Positions 46,892 to 56,194 are shown, counted from the stretch's first letter. The stretch: DNA of 64,000 bases from Usitatibacter rugosus (GCF_013003965.1 NZ_CP053069.1:525419-589418); one strand, 5' to 3'. Translations and numbers: made by a program. Notes: a model not told the origin generated them from the letters alone.

Positions 46892-47851
46892 CTAGCCCTT
46901 CACCTGGGGATCGTTCGGATTCTCGCGGCCCTTCTTCATGATGATCTCGCGCGTGTTGCCGGCGCCGCGATGGCTTTGCACCGGGATGCCCAGCTTGGCG
47001 GCGATTTCGTGCGCGGCTTCCTGGACCTTGATCGGGTTCATGCCGGTCTTCACGCCGCTCTCCTCCAGCATCGTCACGAGATCTTCCAGGGGAAAATTCC
47101 CGCATGAGCCCGCGGAGCTGGGGATCGCCATGCCGCCGCCGATGCCGCAGATGGCCCCTTCCATCCAATGCACGCCCGCGTCCATGGCGGCGAGGATGTT
47201 GGCCGTGGCCATGCCGGACATGTTGTGGATGTGGAAGCCCAGCTCGATGCCGGGAAACTTCGCGTAGAGGCGCTTGTAGAGTCGGTTCACGTGCGCGGGG
47301 TCTTCCATGCCGAGGGAGCCCGCGAGGTACTGGCGCTTGATGCCGGCGTTGAAGAACTCGCCGACGATCTTCTCGACGTCCTCCTCGGGGATGAGCCCTT
47401 CGTACGGGCACCAGAAGGCCATGCCGATGGCGGCCACGAACGGGATGTTGTTCTGCTCGGCGAGGCGGAACATCTGGATGTTCTGCGCGACGCACTCCTC
47501 GTTGGTCATGTTCTGGTTGTGCTGTGTGTACGTCTCGCTGACGGTGATGAGCCCGAGCATCTCGCCCACCTTGGCTTCGATGGCGCGGTGCGCCCCGCGC
47601 ACGTTCGGCGCCTGGCCGCGGTAGACCGTCCCGGGCTTGCGCGTGATCTTCGCGAAGACGTCCTCCGCATCCTTCATGTTCGGCACCACCTTCGGATGCG
47701 CGAAGGAGGCCACCTCCACGACGGGAACGCCGAGCTCGCTCAAACGATTCGAAAACCAGACCTTGGTGTCCGTGTCGATCCACTTCGGCAGGCTCTGCAG
47801 GCCGTCTCGCGGGGCGACGTCGACCAGCAGCATTTTTTCGGGGAGGTGCAT
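46892..47851 (-). CDS. HMG-CoA-lyase-like DRE-TIM aldolase
   Basis: MHLPEKMLLVDVAPRDGLQS start. HMGL-like fold motifs (GFHIHN). Confidence 0.8.
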   Translation of the reverse strand: MHLPEKMLLVDVAPRDGLQSLPKWIDTDTKVWFSNRLSELGVPVVEVASFAHPKVVPNMKDAEDVFAKITRKPGTVYRGQAPNVRGAHRAIEAKVGEMLGLITVSETYTQHNQNMTNEECVAQNIQMFRLAEQNNIPFVAAIGMAFWCPYEGLIPEEDVEKIVGEFFNAGIKRQYLAGSLGMEDPAHVNRLYKRLYAKFPGIELGFHIHNMSGMATANILAAMDAGVHWMEGAICGIGGGMAIPSSAGSCGNFPLEDLVTMLEESGVKTGMNPIKVQEAAHEIAAKLGIPVQSHRGAGNTREIIMKKGRENPNDPQVKG

Positions 47852-47865
47852 GGTGTCTTCCTGTT

Positions 47866-48552
47866 TCAGAAACCGTCGAAGGTGGCGAACTCGCTCGCCG
47901 GGGCGCGCTCGGTGACGAGCTTGTTCTCGGGGGCGCTCGGGTCCTCGTGGCCGAGGGCCATGCCGCAGACGATGATCTCGTCCTGCGGGATGTTCATTTG
48001 CGCGCGCAGTACCGCGTGCACGTTGGCGAGCGCGGCTTGCGGGCACGTGTCGAGGCCCAGGCCGCGCGCGGCGATCATCACGGCGCCCAGGTAGATGCCG
48101 AGGTCGAGCCAGCTTCCGATCTCGAGGTCCTCGTCGAGCGTGAAGATGAGACCCACGGGCGCGTCGAAGAAGTCGTAGTTGCGGCGGCGTTGCTTCTCGG
48201 TCGCCTCGAAGTCGCCCTTCCTGATGCCCATCAGGCCGTAGAGGTCCCAGCCGATCTTGCGGCGCCGCCCGAGGAAGGGCTCGCGCCAGTTCACCGGGTA
48301 GTAATTCCACTCGCGCTTGTGCGCTTCGTCGCCGTCGCGGTCGAGGGCGGCATGGATGGCCTTCGAGACCGCGAGGCGCTTTTCGCCCGCGATCACGCGC
48401 ACCTTCCACGGCTGGATGTTGCTGCCCGAGGCGCTGCGGGAGGCGAGCGTGAGGATCTCCTCGACGGTGGCGCGCGGCACGGGCGTCGGCAGGAACGCGC
48501 GGATCGAGCGGCGCGTGCGGATCGCTTCGTGGGCGCTGATCGCCGTCGTCAC
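47866..48552 (-). CDS. nitroreductase-family protein
   Basis: RRSIRAFLPTPV...SGSNIQPW nitroreductase motifs. Confidence 0.75.
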   Translation of the reverse strand: MTTAISAHEAIRTRRSIRAFLPTPVPRATVEEILTLASRSASGSNIQPWKVRVIAGEKRLAVSKAIHAALDRDGDEAHKREWNYYPVNWREPFLGRRRKIGWDLYGLMGIRKGDFEATEKQRRRNYDFFDAPVGLIFTLDEDLEIGSWLDLGIYLGAVMIAARGLGLDTCPQAALANVHAVLRAQMNIPQDEIIVCGMALGHEDPSAPENKLVTERAPASEFATFDGF

Positions 48553-48866
48553 GGAATGCGCAGGTCCACCAGCGGCCCGTGCTGCTGGGCGCCGTACACG
48601 TCGCGATCGAAGGCGGATCCGCTGCCGTGCTCGCCCGTCGTCCTCGGCACCGTGATCTTGATGGCCCGCACGCGCTCGAACGGCATGATGCGCACGAGGT
48701 CTTCGGCCACGCCGTAGAGCGGCGCGATGGCCTTCGCGGAGAGGGCGCCCGAGCCGATCACGCGGTCGTAGACGGCGCGGTCGTTGAACATGAGGTCGAT
48801 CGTGATCTGGAAGGGGCCGGCGTTCTTGCTTCTCATCACGTCGGCCAATTCACCTAGCGTTGACAC
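48549..48866 (-). CDS. DUF4387-like small protein (usual partner of AtuA/DUF1446)
   Basis: 105 aa, GTG start. Position after the AtuA-family gene. Confidence 0.45.
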   Translation of the reverse strand: MSTLGELADVMRSKNAGPFQITIDLMFNDRAVYDRVIGSGALSAKAIAPLYGVAEDLVRIMPFERVRAIKITVPRTTGEHGSGSAFDRDVYGAQQHGPLVDLRIP

Positions 48867-48876
48867 TTGATTAGCC

Positions 48877-49000
48877 CCCTAAGGCGAAAGGCGTCCTCCG
48901 CAGATAAACACAGATAAACGCGGATAAACCCTGTATTGGGCTTGGCTCTGCATGGTTTTATCTGCGTGTATCTGTGTTTATCTGCGGAGGGAGCCTTTAG
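48877..49000. repeat. AT-richer 120-bp imperfect palindrome with three direct GATAAAC repeats per arm, in the AtuA-DUF4387 intergenic space
   Basis: Left arm CCTAAGGCGAAAGGCGTCCTCCGCAGATAAACACAGATAAACGCGGATAAACC mirrors right arm GGTTTTATCTGCGTGTATCTGTGTTTATCTGCGGAGGGAGCCTTTAGG. Confidence 0.7.
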
Positions 49001-49002
49001 GT

Positions 49003-50361
49003 TTAAATAGATTCAAGTTCCAGCGGGAACAGCGCGAGCTGATCGTCCACGTCCATGAGGTGATAGACGCTGAACTCGTAAACCGCACCGGCGGAAGTAT
49101 CGGAAGGAGAAGCCGGGAACGCGAGGTTGCCCGCCGTCGTCTTGCGCCCCGGGAACGGGCAATGCAGCAGGGACGATCGCGCGAGAGAGAGCACGTGGTC
49201 CGCGATCTCCTGCGTCTTTCCGATCGCTTCCACCATCGCGCCCACCTCATGCGGGATGTTGTTGCGCTCCGGTTCCAGCAGGCCGAGCACGGCGTCGCGG
49301 CCGTAGTAGCGAAAGCCGAGCTTGTAGTCGCTGTCGGGAACGCCGCCGAGGTTGCGCTTCACGGCGGCGCGCACCGTCTCCTCGATAATCGGGAGGTTCG
49401 CGATCACGGTACGGTCGCGGATGCCGGCGATGGTGAACGAGCGGAAGCCCGCGAGACGCGCGCCTTCCAGCTTGATGCGAAGCCGCGGCGTGGGAATGAA
49501 ACGCGAGCCGGAGACGCGCACGGTCTGCTCGTCGACCTGCTCGAAATCCGCGCCCGTCATGTCCACGTCGCCCTCGGGCTCGTAGAGGATGTGCGGGTTG
49601 CCCTGCTCGTACATCGTGTGGGCGGCCACCGAGTCCGGCGTGCAGATGCGCTGCTTGTGCAGCGGGCGGACGAGGAAATGGTCCTTGCGGATCGTCCCCA
49701 GCAAGCTGTCGTTCGGGGCGAGCGGGATCGCGCACTGCGCTCCGCATTCCATGATCTTCGCCATGTGAAGCGCCAGGCCCGGATCGAAGCCGCGGGCGAT
49801 GGGGAGCGCCGCGTAGATCGCGGTGTCGCACGAACGGCCGGTGAGCACCACGTCCGCGCCCTTGTCGAGCGCGTGGGCGAAAGGATCCGTTCCCATCTGG
49901 CCGACGATGCGCACGCTGTCCATCACGGCTTCTTCCGTGAGCTCGGGGACATCCGCCATCGGGACGATCTTCTTCGCGCGCACGGCATCGCGCACGCGTT
50001 CCTTGGGGATCTCCGAGTGGATGGTCGCGAGCTTGAAGTGCAGGCCTTCGTCGCGCGCGATCTCCAGCAGGATCTTCTTGAAGAGCTGGAGGTTGGGCTC
50101 CCCGCCGCCCATGCCCGCGGAGCCGATCACCAGCGGCACCTTCGCGGCGCGCGCGTTCTTGAGTGCCAGGCCCAGGTCGCGGCGGATCTGCGGCGGCTTC
50201 ACGAGCGATTGGCCGGAGCCGAGGTAGAACGGGCCCGGGTCCGTGGAGCCGGCGTCGGCGCCGACCATCGCGGGATCGAGCTCGCAGCCGGCCGCGAGGC
50301 TGCTGGCTTCGAAGCCGTAGCCCAGGCAGCCATTCACCGAAACGATGCGCATCTCCTGCAT
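49003..50361 (-). CDS. AtuA-family (DUF1446, acyclic-terpene-utilisation-like) protein
   Basis: MQEMRIVSVNGCLGYGFEASSL start typical of the AtuA family. 453 aa. Confidence 0.6.
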   Translation of the reverse strand: MQEMRIVSVNGCLGYGFEASSLAAGCELDPAMVGADAGSTDPGPFYLGSGQSLVKPPQIRRDLGLALKNARAAKVPLVIGSAGMGGGEPNLQLFKKILLEIARDEGLHFKLATIHSEIPKERVRDAVRAKKIVPMADVPELTEEAVMDSVRIVGQMGTDPFAHALDKGADVVLTGRSCDTAIYAALPIARGFDPGLALHMAKIMECGAQCAIPLAPNDSLLGTIRKDHFLVRPLHKQRICTPDSVAAHTMYEQGNPHILYEPEGDVDMTGADFEQVDEQTVRVSGSRFIPTPRLRIKLEGARLAGFRSFTIAGIRDRTVIANLPIIEETVRAAVKRNLGGVPDSDYKLGFRYYGRDAVLGLLEPERNNIPHEVGAMVEAIGKTQEIADHVLSLARSSLLHCPFPGRKTTAGNLAFPASPSDTSAGAVYEFSVYHLMDVDDQLALFPLELESI

Positions 50362-50363
50362 GG

Positions 50364-51341
50364 CTACTGCTCCACCTTGATACCGGACTGCTTGATGAAG
50401 TTGTTCCAGTACGGCGCTTCGGCCTTGATGAAATCGCCGAGCTGCTTCGAGTCCATCACCATCGACTCCAGCTCCTGGGCTTTCAGCTTCTCCTTCATCG
50501 AGTCCGTGCGCATGGCTTTCATCGCCGCGTCGGAGAGCTTGGCGACGACGGGCGTGGGCGTGCCCGCGGGCGCCATCAGCACCAGCCACGCATGCGCGCG
50601 AAGGTCCTCGTAGCCGAGCTCCTTGGTGGTCGGCACATCGGGCAGCGTGGCGAGGCGCTCGGGTGACGTGACGAAGATGGGACGAAGCTTGCCGCCGCGA
50701 ATGAGCGGCAGCGCCGCGGCCACCGTGTCGGAAACGAAGAGCACCTGGCCCCCGGCGACATCGGTCATCGACTGGCTGCTGCCCTTGTAGGGAATGTGCT
50801 GCGAATTCTTGACGCCCATCCGGTAGAGGAACATCTCGGAGGCCAGGTGCGTGATGGTCCCCTGGCCGGACGAGCCGAAGTTGGTGGGGCCGGCCTTCAG
50901 GCGCGCGACGAGCTCCTTGAAGTCCTTCGGTGCTTCGGGCGTGTTGGCGACCACGAGGATGTACCAGGCCTTGGAGAGGCCTGCGATGGGCGTGAAGTCC
51001 TTCTCGGCCGTGTACTTCGCCAGCGGGTTCAGCGCGGGGTTGGTCACGAGCGTGCTCGTGGTGCCGAGCGTGATGGTGTAGCCATCCGCGGGCGAGCGCG
51101 CGACCGATTCCGTGCCGACGATGCCGCCTCCGCCCGGACGGTTGTCCACGATCACGGTGCCGCCGATGAGCGGGCCCATGTCGTTGGCGACCAACCGCGC
51201 CATCACATCGCTGCCCGTTCCGGGCGCGAAGGCGACGACGATCTTGACGGGGCGCTCGGGAAAGTCGGCTGCGGCGATGAAGGGGATGGCGAGTGCTGCG
51301 CCGGCGACGAGGCGCGCGACCGATTTCACGAAGCGGGGCAT
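50364..51341 (-). CDS. Bug-family (TctC-like) periplasmic binding protein
   Basis: Internal ATG after GGAG. Signal peptide MPRFVKSVARLVAGAALAIPFIAAA. The ORF-track N-terminal extension is translation of the palindromic repeat. Confidence 0.8.
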   Translation of the reverse strand: MPRFVKSVARLVAGAALAIPFIAAADFPERPVKIVVAFAPGTGSDVMARLVANDMGPLIGGTVIVDNRPGGGGIVGTESVARSPADGYTITLGTTSTLVTNPALNPLAKYTAEKDFTPIAGLSKAWYILVVANTPEAPKDFKELVARLKAGPTNFGSSGQGTITHLASEMFLYRMGVKNSQHIPYKGSSQSMTDVAGGQVLFVSDTVAAALPLIRGGKLRPIFVTSPERLATLPDVPTTKELGYEDLRAHAWLVLMAPAGTPTPVVAKLSDAAMKAMRTDSMKEKLKAQELESMVMDSKQLGDFIKAEAPYWNNFIKQSGIKVEQ

Positions 51342-51360
51342 TGCGATCTCCGGGGGCGGA

Positions 51361-51450
51361 ATTGGCGAAATCAGGGTCAGACCACCATTTTCGTTTCTGG
51401 CCACTCGACCGGCCGCGAAAATGGTGGTCTGACCCTGATTTCGCCAATTT
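51361..51450. repeat. variant inverted pair of the palindromic unit (33-bp arms AATTGGCGAAATCAGGGTCAGACCACCATTTTCG, 23-nt spacer) in the divergent GntR / catabolic-operon promoter region
   Basis: Shares the GGTCAGACC core with the other five loci. Confidence 0.75.
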
Positions 51451-51491
51451 CAGATTGACTTTGTCCGTTTGTCCGTACAATATGCCGGGGC

Positions 51492-52256
51492 ATGAAGATT
51501 GTCAACGACGTCCGCCCCACCACGATGTACGCCGCCCTCGCGCGCCAGCTCACCGGCGAGATCGAATCGGGCCGCTACAAGGTCGGGCAGAAGATCCCCA
51601 CCGAGGCCGAGCTGCAGCAGCGCTTCGACGTGAGCCGCCACACGGTTCGCGAGGCGCTGCGCGATCTCAAGGACCGGGGGCTGCTCACCGCCCGCGCCGG
51701 CATCGGCACGGTGGTGCGCGCCAAGGGCTCCTCCACGCGTTTCATGCAGGGCATCGGCACGCTGAAGGAGCTCATCCAGTTCGTCGAAGCCACGCGCATG
51801 CAGGTGCTGAAGCGCCGCGTGCTCGTCGCGGATGACGATCTCGCCGAGCGCCTGGCGGTGAAGGCCGGCCAGGAGCTGCACGAGGCCTTCGTGCTGCGCT
51901 TCCTGCCGAAGGAAACGGCTCCGGTGGCCTCCATGTACATCTACGTGCGCGCCGAGCACGGCAACGTCCTCGACCACATCGACAAGGCGGGCCAGCCGGT
52001 CTTCAGCCTGGTCGAGAAGCACCACGGCGTTCGCATCGTGGAGGTGCGCCAGCAGATCGTCGCCTCGAACCTCGAGCCCTCGGAGGCGCGCGTGCTGAAG
52101 GCGCGCACCAGCACGCCCGCGCTGAACATCTCGCGCCAGTATTTCGACAACCAGGATCGCATGGTGATGGCGAGCGTCGGCCTCTATCCCAGCGACCGGT
52201 TCAGCCACAACACGAAGTTCCGAATCCAGAGCCTGGACGAGAAGGAAGCCCCATGA
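51492..52256 (+). CDS. GntR-family transcriptional regulator, HutC/UTRA subfamily
   Basis: wHTH region EAELQQRFDVSRHTVREALRDL. C-terminal UTRA-like domain. Confidence 0.85.
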   Translation: MKIVNDVRPTTMYAALARQLTGEIESGRYKVGQKIPTEAELQQRFDVSRHTVREALRDLKDRGLLTARAGIGTVVRAKGSSTRFMQGIGTLKELIQFVEATRMQVLKRRVLVADDDLAERLAVKAGQELHEAFVLRFLPKETAPVASMYIYVRAEHGNVLDHIDKAGQPVFSLVEKHHGVRIVEVRQQIVASNLEPSEARVLKARTSTPALNISRQYFDNQDRMVMASVGLYPSDRFSHNTKFRIQSLDEKEAP

Positions 52257-53386
52257 AACCCCTCAACGGCGTGCGCATCGTCTCGGTGGAGCAGTTCGGA
52301 GCGGCGCCCTATGGCTCGATGTTCCTCGCCGATCTGGGTGCGGAAGTGATCAAGGTGGAGAACGCGGCCATCGGCGGCGACCCCGCGCGCAAGACCGGCC
52401 CGTACTTGCTGGGCGACACCGACAGCGAATATTTCCAGACCTGGAACATGAACAAGAAGAGCGTCACGCTCGACCTTCGCACGCCCGAGGGCAAGGCGTC
52501 GCTCGAGAAGCTCGTGATGAGCGCCGAGGTGGTGCTGAACAACCTGCGCGGCGACCTGCCCGCGAAGATGGGCCTGGACTACGCGGCGCTCTCGAAGCTC
52601 AAGCCCGCGATCGTCTGCGTGCACTTGTCCGCGTACGGGCGCGACAACGAGCGCGCCTCGTGGCCGGGCTACGACTATTTGATGCAGGCCGAAGCGGGGC
52701 TGATGCACCTGACGGGTGAGCCCGACGGCCCGCCCACGCGCATCGGCGCGCCTTCGATGATCGACCACACCACGGGCCTCACCGCGATGGTGGGCCTGCT
52801 CTCCGCGCTGATCCAGGCGCGCGCGACGGGCAAGGGCTGCGACGTCGACACGTGCCTCTTCGATGCCGCGCTGCATCAGCTCGGCTATGCCGCGATCTGG
52901 TATCTCAACGAGGGCTACACGCCGGAGCGCCAGACGCGCAGCGCGCACTTCTCCGTGGCGCCGGTGCAGACGTTCCCCTCCGCCGACGGCTGGATCTTCG
53001 TGATGTGCCTCACGGACAAGTTCTGGAACGCGCTGCTGGGTGTGTTGAATCAGCCGGCGATCACCGCCGACGCGCGCTTCGCCAACCAGAAGTCGCGCCT
53101 CGAGAACCGTGACGCGCTCACGAAAGCCCTCGATGCCGAGTTCCAGAAGCATCCGACCACGCATTGGCTGAAGGTGCTGGGCGGCGTGCTGCCGATCGCG
53201 CCGGTCTACGAATTGAGCACCGCGCTCGACAGCCCCTTCCTCCGCGCGACCGACATGATCAAGACCGTGCCGCATCCCGCGCGCGCCGATCTTCGCGTGC
53301 TCGCCAATCCCATCAAGATCAACGGGAAGCGTTTGTCGCAGGAAGTCTGTTCGGCACCGGGCGCCGACAACGCCGCGATTCTGTAA
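52253..53386 (+). CDS. CaiB/BaiF-family (type III) CoA transferase
   Basis: GVRIVSVEQFGAAPYGSMFLADLGAEVIKVE N-terminus. ATGA overlap with the GntR gene. Confidence 0.85.
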   Translation: MKPLNGVRIVSVEQFGAAPYGSMFLADLGAEVIKVENAAIGGDPARKTGPYLLGDTDSEYFQTWNMNKKSVTLDLRTPEGKASLEKLVMSAEVVLNNLRGDLPAKMGLDYAALSKLKPAIVCVHLSAYGRDNERASWPGYDYLMQAEAGLMHLTGEPDGPPTRIGAPSMIDHTTGLTAMVGLLSALIQARATGKGCDVDTCLFDAALHQLGYAAIWYLNEGYTPERQTRSAHFSVAPVQTFPSADGWIFVMCLTDKFWNALLGVLNQPAITADARFANQKSRLENRDALTKALDAEFQKHPTTHWLKVLGGVLPIAPVYELSTALDSPFLRATDMIKTVPHPARADLRVLANPIKINGKRLSQEVCSAPGADNAAIL

Positions 53387-53390
53387 GACG

Positions 53391-53453
53391 AATAAAGGGG
53401 TCAGACCACTTTATTGCGAACGACGAGCAATAAAGTGGTCTGACCCCTTTATT
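53391..53453. repeat. palindromic element, inverted pair of the 25-bp unit with a 13-nt spacer, just after the CoA-transferase TAA stop
   Basis: Arms identical to those at 4210-4271. Confidence 0.8.
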
Positions 53454-53459
53454 CGTCCT

Positions 53460-54293
53460 TCACGTACGTTTGGTGTTGGGGGCCTTCTTGGCCAGCTCGC
53501 CCAGCTCCTGGCCGAACTTCAGCGAGGCGAGGGTGAGGGCCTGCTCGAGGGCGGCGCTCGACGCGTCGTGGTAGCGAAGGCCCGCGGGGGATTCGATGAA
53601 ATCCACGTAGCGGCCGAGGTCCGCGTCGGACACGCCGCGGTACATGTACGCGTACGTGGCAATCATGAGGCGTTCCATCATGAGCGCCATCTGCGGGCGC
53701 TCCGCGTCGAATTCGCGGCGCAGCTTCGCGGCGATCTCCGCTTCGCCGCCGGTGGCCATCGCGGCTCCGTAGGCGATCGCGATCGTCATGTTGCCCATGG
53801 CCTTGGCGGTCGCGTTGCCCGCGTCGAGCGCGGAGGTCATGCGCTTCACCAGCGCGAGCCGCGACTCGGGCACCTTCTTCACGAACTCCGCGATCGCCTG
53901 CTGCTGGCGTTGCGTGGCGGCGGAGTCGGCGTTGTCTCCGAACTTCTCCTCGATGCCCGTGAGGCGCTTGCCGATATCGCTCGAGAGCCAGATCAACACT
54001 TCGGCTTCGTCGGCGCCCGTCATCTCCTTGTCGAGGACGAGGCGCACGTCGCGGCGCAGGTTGTCGGCGGAAAACGAGGTTGCGGCCTTCTTGAGGCCGT
54101 TGCGGTCGACGAGCACGCCGGATTTTCCGAGCTCGGTCTCGAGGCCGGAGAGGATCAGCGTGTCGTAGTGCTCGAGCTGCTTCCACAGCCCCGACTTCTT
54201 CATCAGCTCGTCGGTGCGGCGGGTGTCCTGTGCGAACGCGCCGCCCGAAGGCAGCAGGGTGAGCGCGAGGAGCGCGAGGAAGATCCGGATCAT
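53460..54293 (-). CDS. DUF2059-like secreted protein
   Basis: Internal ATG MIRIFLALLALTLLPSGGAFA (signal peptide). YVDFIESPAG motif. Paralog at 55346-56194. Confidence 0.55.
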   Translation of the reverse strand: MIRIFLALLALTLLPSGGAFAQDTRRTDELMKKSGLWKQLEHYDTLILSGLETELGKSGVLVDRNGLKKAATSFSADNLRRDVRLVLDKEMTGADEAEVLIWLSSDIGKRLTGIEEKFGDNADSAATQRQQQAIAEFVKKVPESRLALVKRMTSALDAGNATAKAMGNMTIAIAYGAAMATGGEAEIAAKLRREFDAERPQMALMMERLMIATYAYMYRGVSDADLGRYVDFIESPAGLRYHDASSAALEQALTLASLKFGQELGELAKKAPNTKRT

Positions 54294-54770
54294 GTGTCGT
54301 TGCCCAGGACCATCGCCACGGCCTTCACGAGCCCGCTCATCTGGAAGGGTTTGCTCACGTAGCCGTCCGCTCCGGCGGCGAGTCCCGCGCTCACGTCCTT
54401 GGCGGAGGACTTGGCGGTCATCATGATCACGGGAAGCTTCTCGAAGCGCGGATGCTTGCGCAACCGCACCAGGAGATCCAGGCCGTTGGCGTCGGGCAGC
54501 GTCACGTCGAGCAGGATGATGTCCAGCTCCTCGCCGCGTTTCAGCGCCGCGTTGATCTCCGCGAGGTTCGACGCGAAACGCACCTCGTAGCCCGCGCGGC
54601 CGAAGATGTCGCCGAGCAACGCGCGCAGCGCCGCGTCGTCTTCGATCGCCAGCACGACGTATTTCGTCTTGTTCCGGGGCGGGATACGCGCCGACGCACG
54701 CCGCGCCAGGTTGACGAGGAACCCGGACTTCTCGAGTTGGGCAGTTTCGGTCACCCGCCATTTTAGCGCG
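54290..54770 (-). CDS. stand-alone receiver-domain response regulator with a conserved N-terminal extension (start uncertain, TTG or GTG)
   Basis: Receiver motifs VVLAIEDD, DIILLDVTLPDANG, MMTAKS, GADGYVSKPF. No output domain. Paralog at 59557-60099. Confidence 0.55.
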
Positions 54771-54799
54771 CGGATCGGCTTCAACCGAATTGCACTTGT

Positions 54800-55342
54800 A
54801 TGATCGGCGCGATGAGACCGACCGCACGCGCCCTGGCCGCCGCCGCCGTGTTTTCCTTCGTGTTTCCCGCCCCGGCGCAGGCGCAGAAGCTGCCCAACCT
54901 GGTCGAGATCACGCCCCGGCTCTTCACCTCCGGCCAGCCGGGCGCCGACGCGCTGGGCGACCTCAAGGCGCAGGGCTTCGAAGCGGTGATCTACCTCGCG
55001 CCGCCCACCGTCTCCGACGCCGTGAAGGACGAGCCGCTGATCCTCGCGAGGCAGGGGATCACGTACGTGAACATCCCGATCCGCTTCAGCGACCCCACGG
55101 AGGCGGATTTCGAGACCTTCGCCGCCGTCGTGTCGAGCCTCGCGCCGCGCAAGGTCCTGGTGCACTGCCAGGTCAACATGCGCGCGTCGTCGATGGTCTT
55201 CCTCTACCGGGCGATCAAGCTGAAGGAGCCGCCGGATGCGGCGTACAAGGCCGTGGCGCAGGTCTGGTCGCCCCACGGGCCGTGGAAGAAGCTGATGGAG
55301 GCGCAGCTCCGGAAGAACGGCATCGCGTTCGAGCCGTACTGA
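54800..55342 (+). CDS. secreted phosphatase-like protein (DSP/PTP-like, HCxxxxR-type motif)
   Basis: Signal peptide. Motif VLVHCQVNMRASSM. Confidence 0.45.
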   Translation: MIGAMRPTARALAAAAVFSFVFPAPAQAQKLPNLVEITPRLFTSGQPGADALGDLKAQGFEAVIYLAPPTVSDAVKDEPLILARQGITYVNIPIRFSDPTEADFETFAAVVSSLAPRKVLVHCQVNMRASSMVFLYRAIKLKEPPDAAYKAVAQVWSPHGPWKKLMEAQLRKNGIAFEPY

Positions 55343-55345
55343 ACC

Positions 55346-56194
55346 CTACGCGGGCTTGCGTTCCTTCCGCTGCTTCGCGATCTCGCCGAACTGCTTGCCG
55401 AACTCCCGCGAGGCCTGCGAGATGGCCTGCTCCAGCGCCGCGGCCGTGGCGTCGTAGAACTTGAGGCCGGCGGGCGACTCGACGAAGTTCACGAAGCGCT
55501 CCAGGTCCTCGTCGTCCAGCGACTGGTACTGGTGCGCGTAGCGGGCGACGGCGCCCTGCCGCATGGCGTGGGCGATGTTGTCGCGCCGCGCCTCGAGGCC
55601 TCGCTTGATGAGATCCACGTCGGCGACGGAGAGGTCCAGCGAGCTCATCACGCCGTACATGATGCTGGTGAGGATGTTGGTCACGGTCCGCGTCGACGCC
55701 TCGCCGAGTGCCAACGCGCTGCCCAGGCGTCGCAGGAGAGCAACCCGCGTCTCCGTGAGGCCCTTCCTCGCGTCGGCCACCTGGCCCACGAGCTGGCGCT
55801 CGGGCATCGTGACCGTGATCTCCGCGTACTTCACGTCGATGGCGGCGATGCGCCGGCCGAGGTCGGTGTCCAGCCACGTAAGCACCGCTGATTCATCCGC
55901 GGGCGAGAGGATCTTGCCGAGCGAGGCGCGCACCTCGCCCCGCAGCCGCTGCGGGTTGAACGACGTCGAAACGATGGAGCGAAGCTGCGTGCGCTCCTCC
56001 GGGGTGAGGTCCTTGCCGCGGCGGTTCTGCACCGAATCCGCGATGCCTTCCTCCACGCCGCGAAGCACGAGCTTCTCGAATTGCCCGATCTGGGCGTTGA
56101 GCCCGGACTTCTGCATGAGCTCGTCCGTGCGGGCTCCCGACGCTGAAAGTGCCACGCAAGCCGCGGCTGCCGCCGCCCATCGAAATGCTGCCAT
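55346..56194 (-). CDS. DUF2059-like secreted protein (paralog)
   Basis: Signal peptide MAAFRWAAAAAACVALSASGA. FVNFVESPAG motif. Alignable with the 53460-54293 product. Confidence 0.55.
   Translation of the reverse strand: MAAFRWAAAAAACVALSASGARTDELMQKSGLNAQIGQFEKLVLRGVEEGIADSVQNRRGKDLTPEERTQLRSIVSTSFNPQRLRGEVRASLGKILSPADESAVLTWLDTDLGRRIAAIDVKYAEITVTMPERQLVGQVADARKGLTETRVALLRRLGSALALGEASTRTVTNILTSIMYGVMSSLDLSVADVDLIKRGLEARRDNIAHAMRQGAVARYAHQYQSLDDEDLERFVNFVESPAGLKFYDATAAALEQAISQASREFGKQFGEIAKQRKERKPA

Noticed and set aside
46005-51480. Long N-terminal extensions of ORFs 46005-47783, 46892-48409, 49003-51480, 53460-54827, 54290-55276, 55563-56840, 28039-30048
   Set aside because: Extensions run antisense through neighbouring genes or repeats and lack signals. 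Internal starts with SD sequences or stop/start coupling were chosen instead.
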